From: the human T2T-CHM13v2.0 reference genome, Homo sapiens
Length of the DNA: 64,000 bases
Direction: 5' to 3' (one strand)
Assembly (NCBI RefSeq): GCF_009914755.1
Contig: NC_060927.1
Shown: positions 63,230 to 64,000 of the stretch, piece after piece
Layout of the letters: each line of letters begins with the position of its first letter
How positions within the stretch are numbered: position 1 is the first letter of the stretch
Made by a program: the position numbers and the translations under genes
The notes under the pieces: model-generated
What the model was told of the DNA's origin: nothing
Seen by the model: the letters and a program-made list of their open reading frames with translations, nothing else
Database searches by the model: none

Positions 63230-63708
63230 TGCTCTATAATTTTATTTTTTATAATATTCATATTAAGTTTTGATATCAAGGCTTCATGTAATGTCTTAGA
63301 AAGTTTTCCCTCTTTTCTGTTGTTTTAGGAGGATTTTGTGTAATTTGGGGTTTATTTCTTCCTCAAAAATTTGATAGAATTTGTTGATGAAGCCATCTAG
63401 GCCTGGTGTTTAAAACTATAGATCCAGTCTCTTTAATAAATGTAGTACTATTTAGATTTTTTAAATTTCCTCTTGGTTAGTTATACTTTTCTAAGACTGT
63501 ATTCTTTATCTGATTTTGTATTGGCATAATACTGTTTATAATCTTTTAATTTGTCAGTTTTACATCTGTAAGATCTGTAGTATTGTCCTGCTATTGAGTA
63601 GGTATACCTTCTCTCTCCCTTTTCTCTCTTTTAAATCAATCTTACTTTCTATAGATTTAATTTTCTTTTTCTTTTCTAACTTCTTGAGGTAGATGCTTAA
63701 ATACTTAT

Positions 63709-63758
63709 TTTTAATCTTTATTCTCATCTAATATTTTAATCTTTATTCTCATCTAATA
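63709..63758. repeat. Tandem duplication, 2 x 25 bp
   Basis: ttttaatctttattctcatctaata twice, identical. Confidence 0.9.
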
Positions 63759-64000
63759 TATATATCAATTTCCCTCAAAGCATAGTTTTAGTTGAATCCA
63801 CAACTTTTGATATGTAGCATTTTTATTATCCTTCAATTCAAATATTTTCTAATTTCCAGAGTGATTTCTTCCTTGACCCCCCCCCCCGCACATTTAGTAG
63901 TTTATTGTTTAACTCCTAAATTTTGTGAATTTTTTAGCCTTGTTATTGTTATTGACATCTAGTATATATCCAGTGTAGTCAGAGACAATGCTTTGAATTT

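Larger units (their letters stand above)
61880..64000 (-). mobile_element. Old L1M ORF2 fragment running off the window end
   Basis: Minus-strand peptide GCPLLLL...LSLFADDIIVYVEN at 62177-62422; interrupted by MLT1A and (GA)n. Confidence 0.8.

Overview
Human genomic DNA (it carries human-specific L1HS-Ta and AluYb8 elements), AT-rich and repeat-dense, with no recognisable host protein-coding exon, RNA gene or CpG island. It reads as intergenic or deep intronic sequence. The main structure is an L1 cluster at about 8.2-23.5 kb. A near full-length old L1PA on the minus strand hosts a nested L1PA7/8-like 3' fragment and a very young 5'-truncated L1HS Ta-1 insertion (19-bp TSD, uninterrupted ORF2 remnant, and what looks like a 14-nt 3' transduction between two poly(A) tracts). 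A twin-primed, 5'-inverted L1PA follows. Further along are a consensus-like AluYb8 with a 16-bp TSD, about 11 older Alus, an RPL7A processed pseudogene, a full-length THE1B MaLR provirus, MER21, MLT1, MER5, L2, L3, MIR and old L1M fragments, and several local duplications or templated insertions. Two repeat-free islands may be functional: a candidate non-coding exon at 26.8 kb and a POU-motif island at about 38 kb. I see no evidence for a new biological system; the best leads concern recent retrotransposition and DNA-repair scars. Subfamily names were assigned by eye from remembered consensus sequences and need RepeatMasker/Dfam confirmation.
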